DNA of 64,000 nt, from assembly GCA_037134915.1 (NCBI GenBank), contig JBAXLJ010000001.1, positions 101,484 to 165,483 on the forward strand, given 5' to 3'. Source of the DNA: Candidatus Falkowbacteria bacterium (GTDB taxonomy: Bacteria; Patescibacteriota; Patescibacteriia; Patescibacteriales; UBA12465). Positions 1 through 11,775 of this stretch are shown piece after piece (within the stretch, counting starts at the first letter, position 1; every line of letters begins with the position of its first letter). The position numbers and the translations under genes were made by a program. A model generated the notes under the pieces. It was not told where the DNA came from. It ran no database searches and saw only the letters and a list, made by a program, of their open reading frames with translations.

Positions 1-38
1 ATGATTATAGTTTAGATCTATCCAATATTATTACCGAA

Positions 39-629
39 ATGCTAGCCTCTCTAGGGGTAAAAAGTGATTTTTTCTATGCTGATGACGAAGATTTTGCCCT
101 TCAAAAAATTGGATTTTGGGGTTACGGAATCATTTGTTCGCACACTTCTACCAGTAAATCAAGCTCTTTTTTAAGTGAGTTACAAGATTACAAATTAAGG
201 GCTGGTAATAAAAATTTAGCGACCTTCTTTATTTTATCTAACGAGCAGGAAGTTCTCAGGATAAAAGAATTTGGTTTCAACCTATTTTTGTTAAAAGGCA
301 AACAGCAAAGTATTACGCTAGATGATTTAATGGAGGTTAAACAGGTTATATTAAGTACTGGAAAAATTAGTTGTCAAATACAACACCAGGATTTAATTAA
401 TCCCGTTTGTGTCTTTTCTCAAACTTATGCTGACTCAACCCCTTCTGAAGTTTTGGCTCAGGATGCTTGCGATCGGGTGGCTCGGGAACTAAATAGAAAG
501 CAGATTAACTATTCAGTTTTTGATCCGCTCGGATATTATATTGAGGTTTCAGTGGAAAATGAAAGACTATCCGAAGTTATAGAAGTGCTTAGCAACTATA
601 TGTGTAACCACAAATATTTAAGCGACTGA
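39..629 (+). CDS. hypothetical protein (possibly 5'-truncated by the window edge)
   Basis: 196-aa ORF. The frame stays open back to nt 3, so the gene may begin upstream of the window. It ends at TGA 627-629 and is followed by a strong terminator. I recognise no motif. Confidence 0.5.
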   Translation: MLASLGVKSDFFYADDEDFALQKIGFWGYGIICSHTSTSKSSSFLSELQDYKLRAGNKNLATFFILSNEQEVLRIKEFGFNLFLLKGKQQSITLDDLMEVKQVILSTGKISCQIQHQDLINPVCVFSQTYADSTPSEVLAQDACDRVARELNRKQINYSVFDPLGYYIEVSVENERLSEVIEVLSNYMCNHKYLSD

Positions 630-653
630 CCTCTCATAAATTAAAGGTAAGAG

Positions 654-684
654 CCGCAATCAAGTAATTGGTTGCGGTTTTTTT
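654..684 (+). terminator. intrinsic terminator after the first ORF
   Basis: 10-bp stem (654-663 pairs with 668-677, one G.U), GTAA loop, then a run of 7 T. Confidence 0.8.
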
Positions 685-690
685 ATTTCA

Positions 691-719
691 TTGCCAAAAA
701 CCAATAAATACTATACAAT
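691..719 (+). promoter_or_regulatory. sigma70-like promoter of ftsH
   Basis: TTGCCA (691-696), 17-nt spacer, TACAAT (714-719). It overlaps the TTG start proposed by the ORF track, which argues for the ATG at 754. Confidence 0.55.
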
Positions 720-753
720 TTGTATACATAATTTACTATTCCTAAATGTTGAT

Positions 754-2592
754 ATGAAAAATTTATTTAAAAATTTAGCGATTTTCTTTCTAGTATTTTT
801 GCTAATTGCTGGGGTTTTTAGCTTATTTGGGGCCACCTCTAAGACTAAAACCGTGGGACTGGATGCTTTAATTAGCCAGATTAATAGCTCTCAGGTTAAA
901 ACGATTGTGATTACTGGTGATAAATTGAATGTTTCGTTAGCTGATGGTAGCCAGGAAGTAGTTAAAAAAGAGGCGAATGACTCTTTTCCTTCACTCATCA
1001 AAGATTTTAGCGTGGCTCCGGAAAAAATTGCGGCTATCTCAATCACCGTTAAAGATATAAGTGGCTGGGATTACATTTTAGTTAATATTTTACCTTTCCT
1101 TCTGCCATTTCTACTAATTGGCGCTTTTTTGATGTATACCATGCGCGGTGTCTCGGGAATGAACTCCCGGGCTATGAGTTTCGGCCAATCTAGCGCTAAG
1201 GACTTCAATTTAAATCAGAAAGACCGAGTGACTTTTAAGGATGTGGCTGGGGCTAAAGAGGCCAAAGAAGAATTAGGAGAAGTGGTTGAATTTTTAAAAT
1301 TTCCCAAAAAATTTCATGATTTAGGGGCGCGAATTCCTCGGGGTGTTTTGTTATTAGGCAGTCCGGGAACCGGTAAAACTTTGTTAGCGCGCGCCGTTGC
1401 CGGTGAAGCTAATGTGCCATTTTTTAATATCTCAGGCTCAGAATTTGTGGAAATGTTTGTTGGTGTGGGGGCTTCTCGAGTTCGGTCTTTATTTGAAAAA
1501 GCCAAAAAAGATGCGCCTTGTATTATTTTTATTGATGAAATTGATGCTGTCGGGCGTCGCCGCGGCGCCGGACTTGGTGGTAGTCACGACGAAAGAGAAC
1601 AAACTTTAAACCAAATTTTAGTTGAAATGGATGGTTTCGAGCCTAGTAATAATGTTATTGTAGTAGCCGCCACTAATCGTCCCGATGTTTTAGATCCCGC
1701 TCTGCTTCGTCCAGGTCGTTTTGATCGCCAAGTTATAATTGATAAGCCAGACCTTAAGGATCGTGAAGAAATTTTAGTGGTTCATGCTCGAAAAAAACCT
1801 TTTGATCTGGGTGTTAGTTTAAAATCAGTCGCCGAACGGACTCCTGGTTTTTCAGGCGCCGACCTGGCCAACTTACTTAATGAAGCAGCTATTCTAGCGG
1901 CGCGCCAAAATAAAAAGACCATCGGTCAAGAAGAAATCTTTGAGGCGATTGAAAAAGTTATGATTGGTCCTGAGCGTAAGAGTCGGGTAATTACCGATCA
2001 AGATAAAAAGATTACGGCTTATCACGAAGCTGGTCACGCGGTGGTCGCTCACTTTTTGCCAGGGGTTGATCCGATTCAAAAAGTGTCGATTATTGCTCGC
2101 GGACAAGCCGGCGGTTATACCTTAAAGGTTCCGGTTGAAGATCGTCATTATCATGCTAAATCCGAATTTATTAATGAATTAGCTGTTTTATTATCCGGCC
2201 ATTTAGTTGAAAAAGAAATTTTTGGTGAGGTTACTACCGGAGCGACTTCTGATTTAAGACGGGCGACTGCCATTGCGCGCAGTTTGGTTACAGATTACGG
2301 CATGAGCGATAATTTGGGTCCGAGAACTTATGGCGAGAAAGAGGAAATGATTTTCTTAGGCAAAGAAATTCATGAACAACGTGATTATAGCGAAAAAGTA
2401 GCGGAAAAGATTGATGAGGAAATTACTGGTTTCTTAGAGCAAGCCACTGTCTTGTCCAAGAAAATAATTGCCGAAAAACGGGAGTATATTGAGAAAACTG
2501 TGGTAGTATTACTTGAAAAAGAAACAATTGAGAAGGATGAGTTTGCTCGGTTAATGTCTGATGGGGCCCCAGAAATCAAAAATGAGGCCTAA
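754..2592 (+). CDS. ftsH: ATP-dependent zinc metalloprotease FtsH
   Basis: N-terminal TM helices, Walker A GSPGTGKT, Walker [10 protein letters not shown], second region of homology, zinc motif HEAGHAV. Start moved to ATG 754 (MKNLFKNL...). Confidence 0.95.
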   Translation: MKNLFKNLAIFFLVFLLIAGVFSLFGATSKTKTVGLDALISQINSSQVKTIVITGDKLNVSLADGSQEVVKKEANDSFPSLIKDFSVAPEKIAAISITVKDISGWDYILVNILPFLLPFLLIGAFLMYTMRGVSGMNSRAMSFGQSSAKDFNLNQKDRVTFKDVAGAKEAKEELGEVVEFLKFPKKFHDLGARIPRGVLLLGSPGTGKTLLARAVAGEANVPFFNISGSEFVEMFVGVGASRVRSLFEKAKKDAPCIIFIDEIDAVGRRRGAGLGGSHDEREQTLNQILVEMDGFEPSNNVIVVAATNRPDVLDPALLRPGRFDRQVIIDKPDLKDREEILVVHARKKPFDLGVSLKSVAERTPGFSGADLANLLNEAAILAARQNKKTIGQEEIFEAIEKVMIGPERKSRVITDQDKKITAYHEAGHAVVAHFLPGVDPIQKVSIIARGQAGGYTLKVPVEDRHYHAKSEFINELAVLLSGHLVEKEIFGEVTTGATSDLRRATAIARSLVTDYGMSDNLGPRTYGEKEEMIFLGKEIHEQRDYSEKVAEKIDEEITGFLEQATVLSKKIIAEKREYIEKTVVVLLEKETIEKDEFARLMSDGAPEIKNEA

Positions 2593-2595
2593 CGT

Positions 2596-2623
2596 TTGAC
2601 TAAAATTTTTTTTAAGTTATACT
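2596..2623 (+). promoter_or_regulatory. sigma70-like promoter of rpmF
   Basis: TTGACT (2596-2601), 16-nt spacer, TATACT (2618-2623). Confidence 0.5.
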
Positions 2624-2656
2624 AAATTTATAATTAATTAAATTAGATTATCTAAT

Positions 2657-2851
2657 ATGGCTAATCCAAAAAAACGAAAAACCCATAGTGCCGTCGGCAA
2701 AAATAGAGCCCACCAAGCCTTAGAAAAGGTAGCTTTAAATAAGTGTACTAAATGTGGTAAACCAAAATTACCTCACAACGCTTGTGATTTCTGTGGCGCT
2801 TATAAGGGCGAAGTAGTTATTAAAGTAAAAACCAAAGCGGTCAGCAAATAA
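2657..2851 (+). CDS. rpmF: 50S ribosomal protein L32 (bL32)
   Basis: 64 aa with N-terminus MANPKKRKTHS and a CxxC...CxxC zinc ribbon (CTKCG...CDFCG). Confidence 0.9.
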   Translation: MANPKKRKTHSAVGKNRAHQALEKVALNKCTKCGKPKLPHNACDFCGAYKGEVVIKVKTKAVSK

Positions 2852-2958
2852 AATTTTAAAGATTTGAAACCTTGGAGATGTGGTAGGAATCGCTAGTCTT
2901 AGTCTTCAAGTTTTAGTTATTTAATTTTTATTAAATTTGCTTTGATCTTATCAAATTT

Positions 2959-3516
2959 ATGTCCAATCGTCATTTGGCTCGAACCATTGCTATGCAAACT
3001 TTGTTTGTGTGGGATTTTAATGGTAAAAAAACGGAGCTAGTCGAAAGCTTCATTAGTGATAATTTTGCTAATTTCGCTCCTAACTTTGACGATGGTGGCT
3101 TTGTTAAAGATTTGGTCATGGGGGTTATTAACAATCTAGAGGAACTTGATGGTTACATTCGTAAACATGCCACTGAATGGCCGCTAGATCAGATTACCTG
3201 TGTTGATAGAAATGTCCTTCGTTTAGGTATTTATGAACTTTTGTACTGTGAAAATATTCCTTCAAGGGTGGCAATTAATGAGGCCATTGAAGTGGCTAAA
3301 AGTTTTGGTGGCGACGCTTCAGGTAAATTTATTAATGGTGTTTTAGGCGCTATCTACAACGAACTGCCGGAAGATAAGAAACGGGATAATAAAGAAGAAT
3401 TTGAAGAAAAGAAAAAAATAATGATCAGTGAAACGGCTCACAATGATTTAAAAATTCCTCAAATGACTGACGATGGTTCTAGTGAAGAATCAAGTCTGCC
3501 TCAAATTAATCAATAA
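2959..3516 (+). CDS. nusB: transcription antitermination factor NusB with a C-terminal tail
   Basis: The first ~135 aa carry NusB-like strings (ARTIAMQTLF, DRNVLRLGIYELLY, AINEAIEVAK). An extra ~45-aa acidic/Ser-rich tail follows. Confidence 0.85.
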   Translation: MSNRHLARTIAMQTLFVWDFNGKKTELVESFISDNFANFAPNFDDGGFVKDLVMGVINNLEELDGYIRKHATEWPLDQITCVDRNVLRLGIYELLYCENIPSRVAINEAIEVAKSFGGDASGKFINGVLGAIYNELPEDKKRDNKEEFEEKKKIMISETAHNDLKIPQMTDDGSSEESSLPQINQ

Positions 3517-3525
3517 AAATAAGAG

Positions 3526-3551
3526 CCTCAAGGATTTGTCTTGAGGTTTTT
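3526..3551 (+). terminator. intrinsic terminator after nusB
   Basis: Stem CCTCAAG/CTTGAGG (3526-3532 pairs with 3540-3546), 7-nt loop, T-run. Confidence 0.7.
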
Positions 3552-3579
3552 GTTCGTCAAATATTAATTGATTGTCTGT

Positions 3580-4272
3580 ATGAATATTTTTGAAAAATTA
3601 CAAAATCAGTTGGGTGTTAATTTTAAGAATACTGATTTACTAAAACAAGCTTTAGTCCATCGTTCCTATCTTAATGAACATCCGGATTTTCCGGTTGGTC
3701 ATAATGAACGTCTGGAATTTTTAGGTGACGCGGTCCTAGAAATCGTCGTGACTGAATTTTTGTATTTAAATTTTCGTGAAACTGATGAGGGTGATTTAAC
3801 CAACTGGCGTGCGTCTTTGGTAAATGCCAAAATGCTTCATGTGATAGCGACCGAGATTAAGTTGGAGGATTATCTATACTTGTCTAAAGGCGAGGCTAAA
3901 GATAAAAATAAAAAATCTCGTCAGTATATTTTAGCTAATGCTGTTGAAGCGGTTATCGGCGCTATTTATTTGGATCAAGGACTTGAAGTAGCTAAGACTT
4001 TTATTTTAAAAAATATCGTTTCTAAATTAGATGAAATTTTAAGTAGTCAGTCATATCTTGATCCTAAATCAAAGTTTCAGGAAGAGGCCCAAGAGAAGAA
4101 AGGGGTAACACCTCATTATGATATTTTAAATGAGGAAGGACCAGATCACGCTAAGCTTTTTACGGTTGGTCTGTATTTAGGCGCGGAGCTAGTCGCTAGC
4201 GGCGAAGGGTCTTCTAAGCAGGAGGCTCAAGTTGATGCGGCGGCTAAAGGTTTAAAAAAAATGGGTTGGTAA
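3580..4272 (+). CDS. rnc: ribonuclease III
   Basis: RNase III signature NERLEFLGDAVLE and a C-terminal dsRBD (GEGSSKQEAQVDAA). ATG 3580 is preferred over TTG 3568. Confidence 0.9.
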   Translation: MNIFEKLQNQLGVNFKNTDLLKQALVHRSYLNEHPDFPVGHNERLEFLGDAVLEIVVTEFLYLNFRETDEGDLTNWRASLVNAKMLHVIATEIKLEDYLYLSKGEAKDKNKKSRQYILANAVEAVIGAIYLDQGLEVAKTFILKNIVSKLDEILSSQSYLDPKSKFQEEAQEKKGVTPHYDILNEEGPDHAKLFTVGLYLGAELVASGEGSSKQEAQVDAAAKGLKKMGW

Positions 4273-4287
4273 TTATCAAATAAAAAT

Positions 4288-5343
4288 ATGGATTTTAAGA
4301 ATCTTTTTAAAATTGCGGCTGAGAAGAAAGCTTCGGATTTGCATTTACTAGTTGGACAACCGCCAATTTTACGAATCGACGGTAATCTAGTTACTGTAAA
4401 CTCAGTTTGGGCGGGTAAGGAATTTTACGGACCGCTGACCCGCATGGACATGACAACAGTGGTGGAAACTTTACTTGATAAAGATCAAAGACTTAGATTT
4501 GCTAAGGATAAAGATTTAGATTGCAGCTACTCCGTCGGCACTGTTCGTTTTAGAATTAACGTCTCTTTGGAAAAAGAAAATCTTTGTGTGGTGGCTCGGG
4601 TAATTGAAGATAAAAAACCCACACTTGATGAAATTGGTATGCCGGAAATGGTTAAAAACCTGTTAGATTCTCATCAGGGTTTAATTTTAATTACTGGCCC
4701 AACTGGTTGTGGTAAATCTACTACGCTGGCGGCCATGATTAATCATATTAACTCCACGCGTAGTTGCCATATTGTTACCTTAGAAGATCCAATTGAATAT
4801 ATTTTTACTTCGGATAAGAGTTTAGTAGCTCAGCGTCAACTAGGCTCTGACGTCTCATCATTTGCTAGTGGCTTAAAACATGTTTTGCGTCAGGATCCTA
4901 ATGTAATTATGGTTGGCGAAATGCGTGATTATGAAACCATTTCTTCGGCAATTACTTTGGCCGAAACCGGACATTTAGTTTTAGCTACCCTGCATACTTA
5001 TAATGCCGTTCAAACTATTGATCGAATTATTGATATTTTTCCACCTCATCAACAAACTCAAGTTAAGTCACAATTATCAATGTTACTGACAGCCGTTATT
5101 TCTCAAAGACTTTTGCCTCGAGTCGGTGGCGGTCGCATTGCCGCTCGTGAAATGTTAATTAGAAACTCCGCGGTCGCTAATTTAATTCGTGAAGGTAAAA
5201 CCGGTCAGATTAAAAGCGTGATGGAGATGCATAGTAAAGATGGCATGAGTACACTCGATAGTCATTTGAAAGAGTTATATAGTAATGGTGAGATTACTGT
5301 AGAAACAGCCCAGGCATATTTGGATGATCCGGCGTCAATTTAA
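4288..5343 (+). CDS. pilT: type IV pilus retraction ATPase PilT-like
   Basis: 351 aa, Walker A GPTGCGKST, Walker B/Asp box, His box (LATLHT). Size and motifs fit PilT/PilU rather than PilB. Confidence 0.85.
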   Translation: MDFKNLFKIAAEKKASDLHLLVGQPPILRIDGNLVTVNSVWAGKEFYGPLTRMDMTTVVETLLDKDQRLRFAKDKDLDCSYSVGTVRFRINVSLEKENLCVVARVIEDKKPTLDEIGMPEMVKNLLDSHQGLILITGPTGCGKSTTLAAMINHINSTRSCHIVTLEDPIEYIFTSDKSLVAQRQLGSDVSSFASGLKHVLRQDPNVIMVGEMRDYETISSAITLAETGHLVLATLHTYNAVQTIDRIIDIFPPHQQTQVKSQLSMLLTAVISQRLLPRVGGGRIAAREMLIRNSAVANLIREGKTGQIKSVMEMHSKDGMSTLDSHLKELYSNGEITVETAQAYLDDPASI

Positions 5344-5380
5344 AGAAAATATGAAAATTTTATAAATTATTTTTCAAAAG

Positions 5381-5403
5381 AGCATCGTTAGATGCTTTTT
5401 TTT
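5381..5403 (+). terminator. intrinsic terminator after pilT
   Basis: AGCATC GTTA GATGCT hairpin followed by T8. Confidence 0.7.
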
Positions 5404-5437
5404 GTTTTTCCCCTTATTTTTTAAGGGGTTTAGACTC

Positions 5438-5465
5438 TTGACTTTATTTTTAAATAACCTATAAT
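5438..5465 (+). promoter_or_regulatory. strong sigma70-like promoter upstream of the rRNA operon
   Basis: TTGACT (5438-5443), 16-nt spacer, TATAAT (5460-5465). Confidence 0.55.
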
Positions 5466-5560
5466 AATAAACAGTTTTACGAAATCAAAAATAATATGCG
5501 TAAACACTTAATATATAAATCACCAAGCGGTTAATTAAAGACGATAACTCGTTTTTTGTG

Positions 5561-5582
5561 ACCGCCGACCGGCGGTTTTTTT
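5561..5582 (+). terminator. terminator-like GC hairpin inside the rRNA leader
   Basis: ACCGCC GACC GGCGGT followed by T7. It lies between the 5438 promoter and the 23S 5' end. Confidence 0.5.
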
Positions 5583-5753
5583 AAATCTACGGAGCGGTGA
5601 GTATTAAGCTGAACCTTACCAACTGAATATCTTTAGAATAATATCAAAACATCAAAATATAACTTGACGTGGAACTTTGCAATTGTTCTGCGTTAGGTCT
5701 CACTTCATTTTGCGAAGTGAGCATACTTTTGGAAACAAAAGTGTGGGAGAATC

Positions 5754-8742
<2,989 letters not shown>

Positions 8743-8836
8743 GATTCTCCCACACTTTTGTTTGTCTAGATATTCTAAAGAATTATAGTCACAGTCTGAA
8801 AGGATGGCTGTGACAAACAAATCAAAAAACGCCATT

Positions 8837-8954
8837 GTTCTGGTGATTGAAGCGAAGAGGTCACACCTGATCCCTTCCCGAACTCAGAAGTTAAGCTCTT
8901 CAGCGCCGATGATACTTGGGCCTGAGCCCTGGGAAAGTAGGTCGTCGCCAGAAC
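8837..8954 (+). rRNA. rrf: 5S ribosomal RNA
   Basis: 118 nt with CCGAACTCAGAAGTTAAGC and terminal helix GTTCTGGTG/CGCCAGAAC. The flanks extend the helix (CCATT.../...AATGG). Confidence 0.95.
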
Positions 8955-9001
8955 AATGGTGTTTTTTGTTACTCAAAAAGTGATTTTGGGGTAAAAGAAA
9001 A

Positions 9002-9025
9002 GGGAGTCTTTATGACTCCCTTTTT
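9002..9025. terminator. bidirectional terminator shared by the rRNA operon and the convergent minus-strand operon
   Basis: GGGAGTC TTTAT GACTCCC, with an A-run upstream and a T-run downstream. Confidence 0.7.
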
Positions 9026-9028
9026 GTT

Positions 9029-9649
9029 TTATTGTCCGATTCGTCTTTTTATCAGAATTGACCTGGCTTTTAAGGCCTCGGAATCTTCCGGAGCTATATT
9101 CTCTTGTTCAGTCGAATACTTTATTTCGTTTTCAAGAGTATGTAGGAATTTTCCCGCCATTTCGCTGGGAATATTATCTAAGATAAAACTCATAGTCCTG
9201 ATTGATGTTTCAGTGTGGTTTAAGTGTAACACTTCTTCGCGCCATAAAGTGTAAACGATAATGGATGCGATTTTTTCAGGGTCACCCTTTTTAATTAAAG
9301 ATTGGGCAATTAAATCTTTCAAAAATTCAATTTTTTCTCTTTCCAAGATTTCTTTTTCCAGGTGTGAAAAATAGAAACCCAATTCATGCTGCGACATTTG
9401 TTTAAAAAACTTTTCGGCATACAACTCGATCAAACTTTCTTGAGATTGACTTAGTTCGTCAATACTTCTTTGGTTTAACTCATTAAAAGAAGGCAATTGT
9501 CGTTCTGTTAGCTGAAACAGAAATGAAATGTACCCATCTTTTTCGTCCACTTCAGAGGCCAGTCTTTTAATTTTCAGCCCCTTGCTCGAAAGCTTGCTAG
9601 CCAAAATTATTACGGTAATCAATAATGCTAACATAATTGTTGTTTCCAT
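9029..9649 (-). CDS. family-A orphan protein A1 (N-terminal TM anchor plus ~180-aa helical domain)
   Basis: 206 aa, starts ME.., with one N-terminal hydrophobic helix. It shares blocks with 10411-11040 (LIELYAEKFF vs LISFYLKNFF; IASIIVYTLWREEVL vs LAGIIARIIWDKDVL; basic C-terminus ILIKRRI vs IIIKKRL). Confidence 0.7.
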   Translation of the reverse strand: METTIMLALLITVIILASKLSSKGLKIKRLASEVDEKDGYISFLFQLTERQLPSFNELNQRSIDELSQSQESLIELYAEKFFKQMSQHELGFYFSHLEKEILEREKIEFLKDLIAQSLIKKGDPEKIASIIVYTLWREEVLHLNHTETSIRTMSFILDNIPSEMAGKFLHTLENEIKYSTEQENIAPEDSEALKARSILIKRRIGQ

Positions 9650-9652
9650 TGC

Positions 9653-10270
9653 TCAGATTTTTTGTGGTTTATAATATAGATGTGTAATTAAAGCGTAAAT
9701 AACTAAAGCCCCCAGGTTAAACATGATTAGTACTAAATTACTTATAACTAAGGAATAGATTAGCCAAAAAATACTGGTAGCTAAATAGATTAAAATAAAT
9801 TTAATATTTACCGCACCGCGTTTTCCCGTTTTAATCATTTCCAGTGGTTGGGTGATTAGAATTACCAAACTAATTAAGGATAAGATTAACAGTAGAACAT
9901 CTTTTTCTTCAATCATAATCATGAGCGGAACGATAGCTATCGTCAGTGGCAAGGATATCTTTTCTAACCGGGTTAAAGGCTTAAACTTTATCAGCCCAAT
10001 CACAATCGGAATATAGGGAATGGCTAGTAGACTGTTAAAAGTCATGGCTAAACTATGCTTGCTTAGTCCGTAAAATAAGAACCCAATAAAATAGAAACAG
10101 CCCAGAAAAAATAGAGTCGCTGACAAAGATTCTCCGGAACGGCTTTGCCAAATTTTTTTACTCTGACAAATAATGCCATAGGCTTGAACGATTGTAAAAA
10201 ACATAATTAGACCCGCTGTTACGGTCATCGTATTCCAGCCAAAATTCTGAATTTCTATAAAATATGCCAT
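9653..10270 (-). CDS. 7-TM membrane protein, possibly a two-repeat PQ-loop/SWEET-like transporter
   Basis: 205 aa with about 7 hydrophobic segments. Two PQ-loop-like repeats are present (VQAYGIICQSKKIWQSRSGESLS...FYG and TQPLEMIKTGKRGAVNIKF...WLIYS). The family assignment is tentative. Confidence 0.45.
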   Translation of the reverse strand: MAYFIEIQNFGWNTMTVTAGLIMFFTIVQAYGIICQSKKIWQSRSGESLSATLFFLGCFYFIGFLFYGLSKHSLAMTFNSLLAIPYIPIVIGLIKFKPLTRLEKISLPLTIAIVPLMIMIEEKDVLLLILSLISLVILITQPLEMIKTGKRGAVNIKFILIYLATSIFWLIYSLVISNLVLIMFNLGALVIYALITHLYYKPQKI

Positions 10271-10314
10271 TTTATCTGATTTTTGTTATTGGTTAATAAT
10301 GTTAAAGTTCGGTC

Positions 10315-10360
10315 TTTTTATAAGCCAACACTAGCATAATAGTTTATTTTAGTCAATACA
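10315..10360 (-). repeat. copy 1 of a ~45-bp duplicated promoter cassette
   Basis: TTTTTATAAGCCAACACTAGCATAATAGTTTATTTTAGTCAATAC matches 11776-11820 at about 42 of 45 positions. The flanks are unrelated. Confidence 0.85.
10328..10356 (-). promoter_or_regulatory. promoter of the PQ-loop-like/A1 operon (extended -10)
   Basis: On the minus strand: TTGACT (10356-10351), 17-nt spacer, TGcTAGTGT (-10 at 10333-10328). It lies within the duplicated cassette. Confidence 0.6.
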
Positions 10361-10374
10361 ATCCGCAGACCAAG

Positions 10375-10410
10375 AAAAAAGGGGACCTGAATTATTCGGC
10401 CCCCTTTTTA
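10375..10410 (-). terminator. terminator of the A3-A2 operon
   Basis: On the minus strand: GGGGGCC ... GGTCCCC hairpin (one mismatch) followed by T6, directly after the stop of 10411-11040. Confidence 0.5.
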
Positions 10411-11040
10411 TTAGCTTTTCATATCAGCTAAACGTTTTTTGATAATTATTATCCTGGCTTGAGCGACGGCCTCGTTGTCTGCTTTGACTTCCCTGGACAT
10501 CATCAAAAGGTTTATTCTTTTTTCCAGCTCGGTGACAAATGACGACACCTTGTTGTTGTGGATGTTATTCAGAATAAAATTTTCGCATTTTTCGCGAATA
10601 CCCAAATCATCAGAGCACTCTAAAACATCTTTATCCCAGATAATGCGAGCAATTATACCAGCTAAATCTTTGGTTTCAGCTCTTTGCAAGGCTTTAATAA
10701 ATATATCCTCTAAAGTGGCAACTCGGTCTTTATCGGTAATAGCCCGGTTGATACTAGTAAGACATATACCTATCTTTTGATACGCGAAATTATTGTTAAA
10801 AAAATTTTTTAAGTAAAAAGAAATTAAACGTTCTTTATATTCGGTTAATGTTTCAGAGTCAAGATGTCCGAGGACGTCAATCGACGGTCCATTGGTTGCT
10901 TGGTCTGATAAGGCATCTAAGAACAGAATGGATATTCTCTGTTTTTCTGTTTCTCTTTTTAATCTTCTAATTTTAATAATTAAATCGATTATAACTATAA
11001 TCAAAATAATCATTAAGCTAATAACAATCGAGTTTTCCAT
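10411..11040 (-). CDS. family-A orphan protein A2
   Basis: 209 aa, starts MEN, with an N-terminal TM helix. Shares blocks with A1 (see 9029-9649). Confidence 0.7.
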   Translation of the reverse strand: MENSIVISLMIILIIVIIDLIIKIRRLKRETEKQRISILFLDALSDQATNGPSIDVLGHLDSETLTEYKERLISFYLKNFFNNNFAYQKIGICLTSINRAITDKDRVATLEDIFIKALQRAETKDLAGIIARIIWDKDVLECSDDLGIREKCENFILNNIHNNKVSSFVTELEKRINLLMMSREVKADNEAVAQARIIIIKKRLADMKS

Positions 11041-11050
11041 GTCTAATTTT

Positions 11051-11671
11051 TTAGTTTGCGTACTTTATGGTTTTGTTAATTTCAATAATTTCGGCTCGAA
11101 TTAAATGGTCTCTTTCTTCGCTGGGCCTTTCTGCTTTTAAAGCATTAGCCTTTTGTAATATAGCTTCGCTAAAGGTGTTAAACCTAACCCCGCTTCCGCT
11201 AAATATTAAAGACTCAAACAGTAAATTCTTGGTAACTTGAATCATTTTTAAGCCTTCTAAACTATTGGCCGCTAATTTCTCTCGGATGGCGTCAATAAAA
11301 ATATTCGCCGCCTGTTCTCCAGTGAGATGATTAAAACTAGTTTTAAAAGCGTTTTTTAATAATTCTTTTTTTCTTTTTTCTGAAACGCTTTCTAAGGACG
11401 TATAGTATACACCAATTGTATCGGCGTCCCATTTTGGAATGGTTTTAGCATAATAGTTTCTTATACTTTGAGCGGTGTCTTGGATAACTTTCAAAGGCAG
11501 TTCCTTTATTTTTTTGATGTCTAAAACATCGATGTAATTGGTCTGCATTTTTTCTAGTAGATCACATTCTTTCTTGAGTATGCTGACCTTCCGCGAATCA
11601 ATTAGGGCCCACAAAAGAACGGCGCTAAAACATAAACAATTGATTAGATTTTCCATGATTTTATTTTCCAT
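11051..11671 (-). CDS. family-A orphan protein A3
   Basis: 206 aa, starts MENKIMEN (ATG 11656 is an alternative start), with an N-terminal hydrophobic helix. Architecture and length match A1/A2 (IRNYYAKTIPK block; basic/hydrophobic C-terminus). It is more diverged. Confidence 0.6.
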   Translation of the reverse strand: MENKIMENLINCLCFSAVLLWALIDSRKVSILKKECDLLEKMQTNYIDVLDIKKIKELPLKVIQDTAQSIRNYYAKTIPKWDADTIGVYYTSLESVSEKRKKELLKNAFKTSFNHLTGEQAANIFIDAIREKLAANSLEGLKMIQVTKNLLFESLIFSGSGVRFNTFSEAILQKANALKAERPSEERDHLIRAEIIEINKTIKYAN

Positions 11672-11695
11672 GATTTTATTTTTTAAGGTTTAACA

Positions 11696-11751
11696 TTTGA
11701 ACTAATTACCAAAATTACCTGCGACTAGATAGTATTGGTAATTAGTTCAAA
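11696..11751 (-). promoter_or_regulatory. perfect 17-bp stem-loop in the 5' UTR of the A3-A2 operon
   Basis: TTTGAACTAATTACCAA (11696-11712) is the exact reverse complement of TTGGTAATTAGTTCAAA (11735-11751), with a 22-nt loop. It lies between the promoter and the A3 start. Confidence 0.6.
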
Positions 11752-11775
11752 TCAGCCCTGTTTGTCAAAGATCTA

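Noticed and set aside
8916-9254. 112-aa plus-strand ORF starting inside the 5S rRNA.
   Set aside because: It overlaps the 5S gene and the shared terminator, and is antisense to the well-supported family A gene at 9029-9649.
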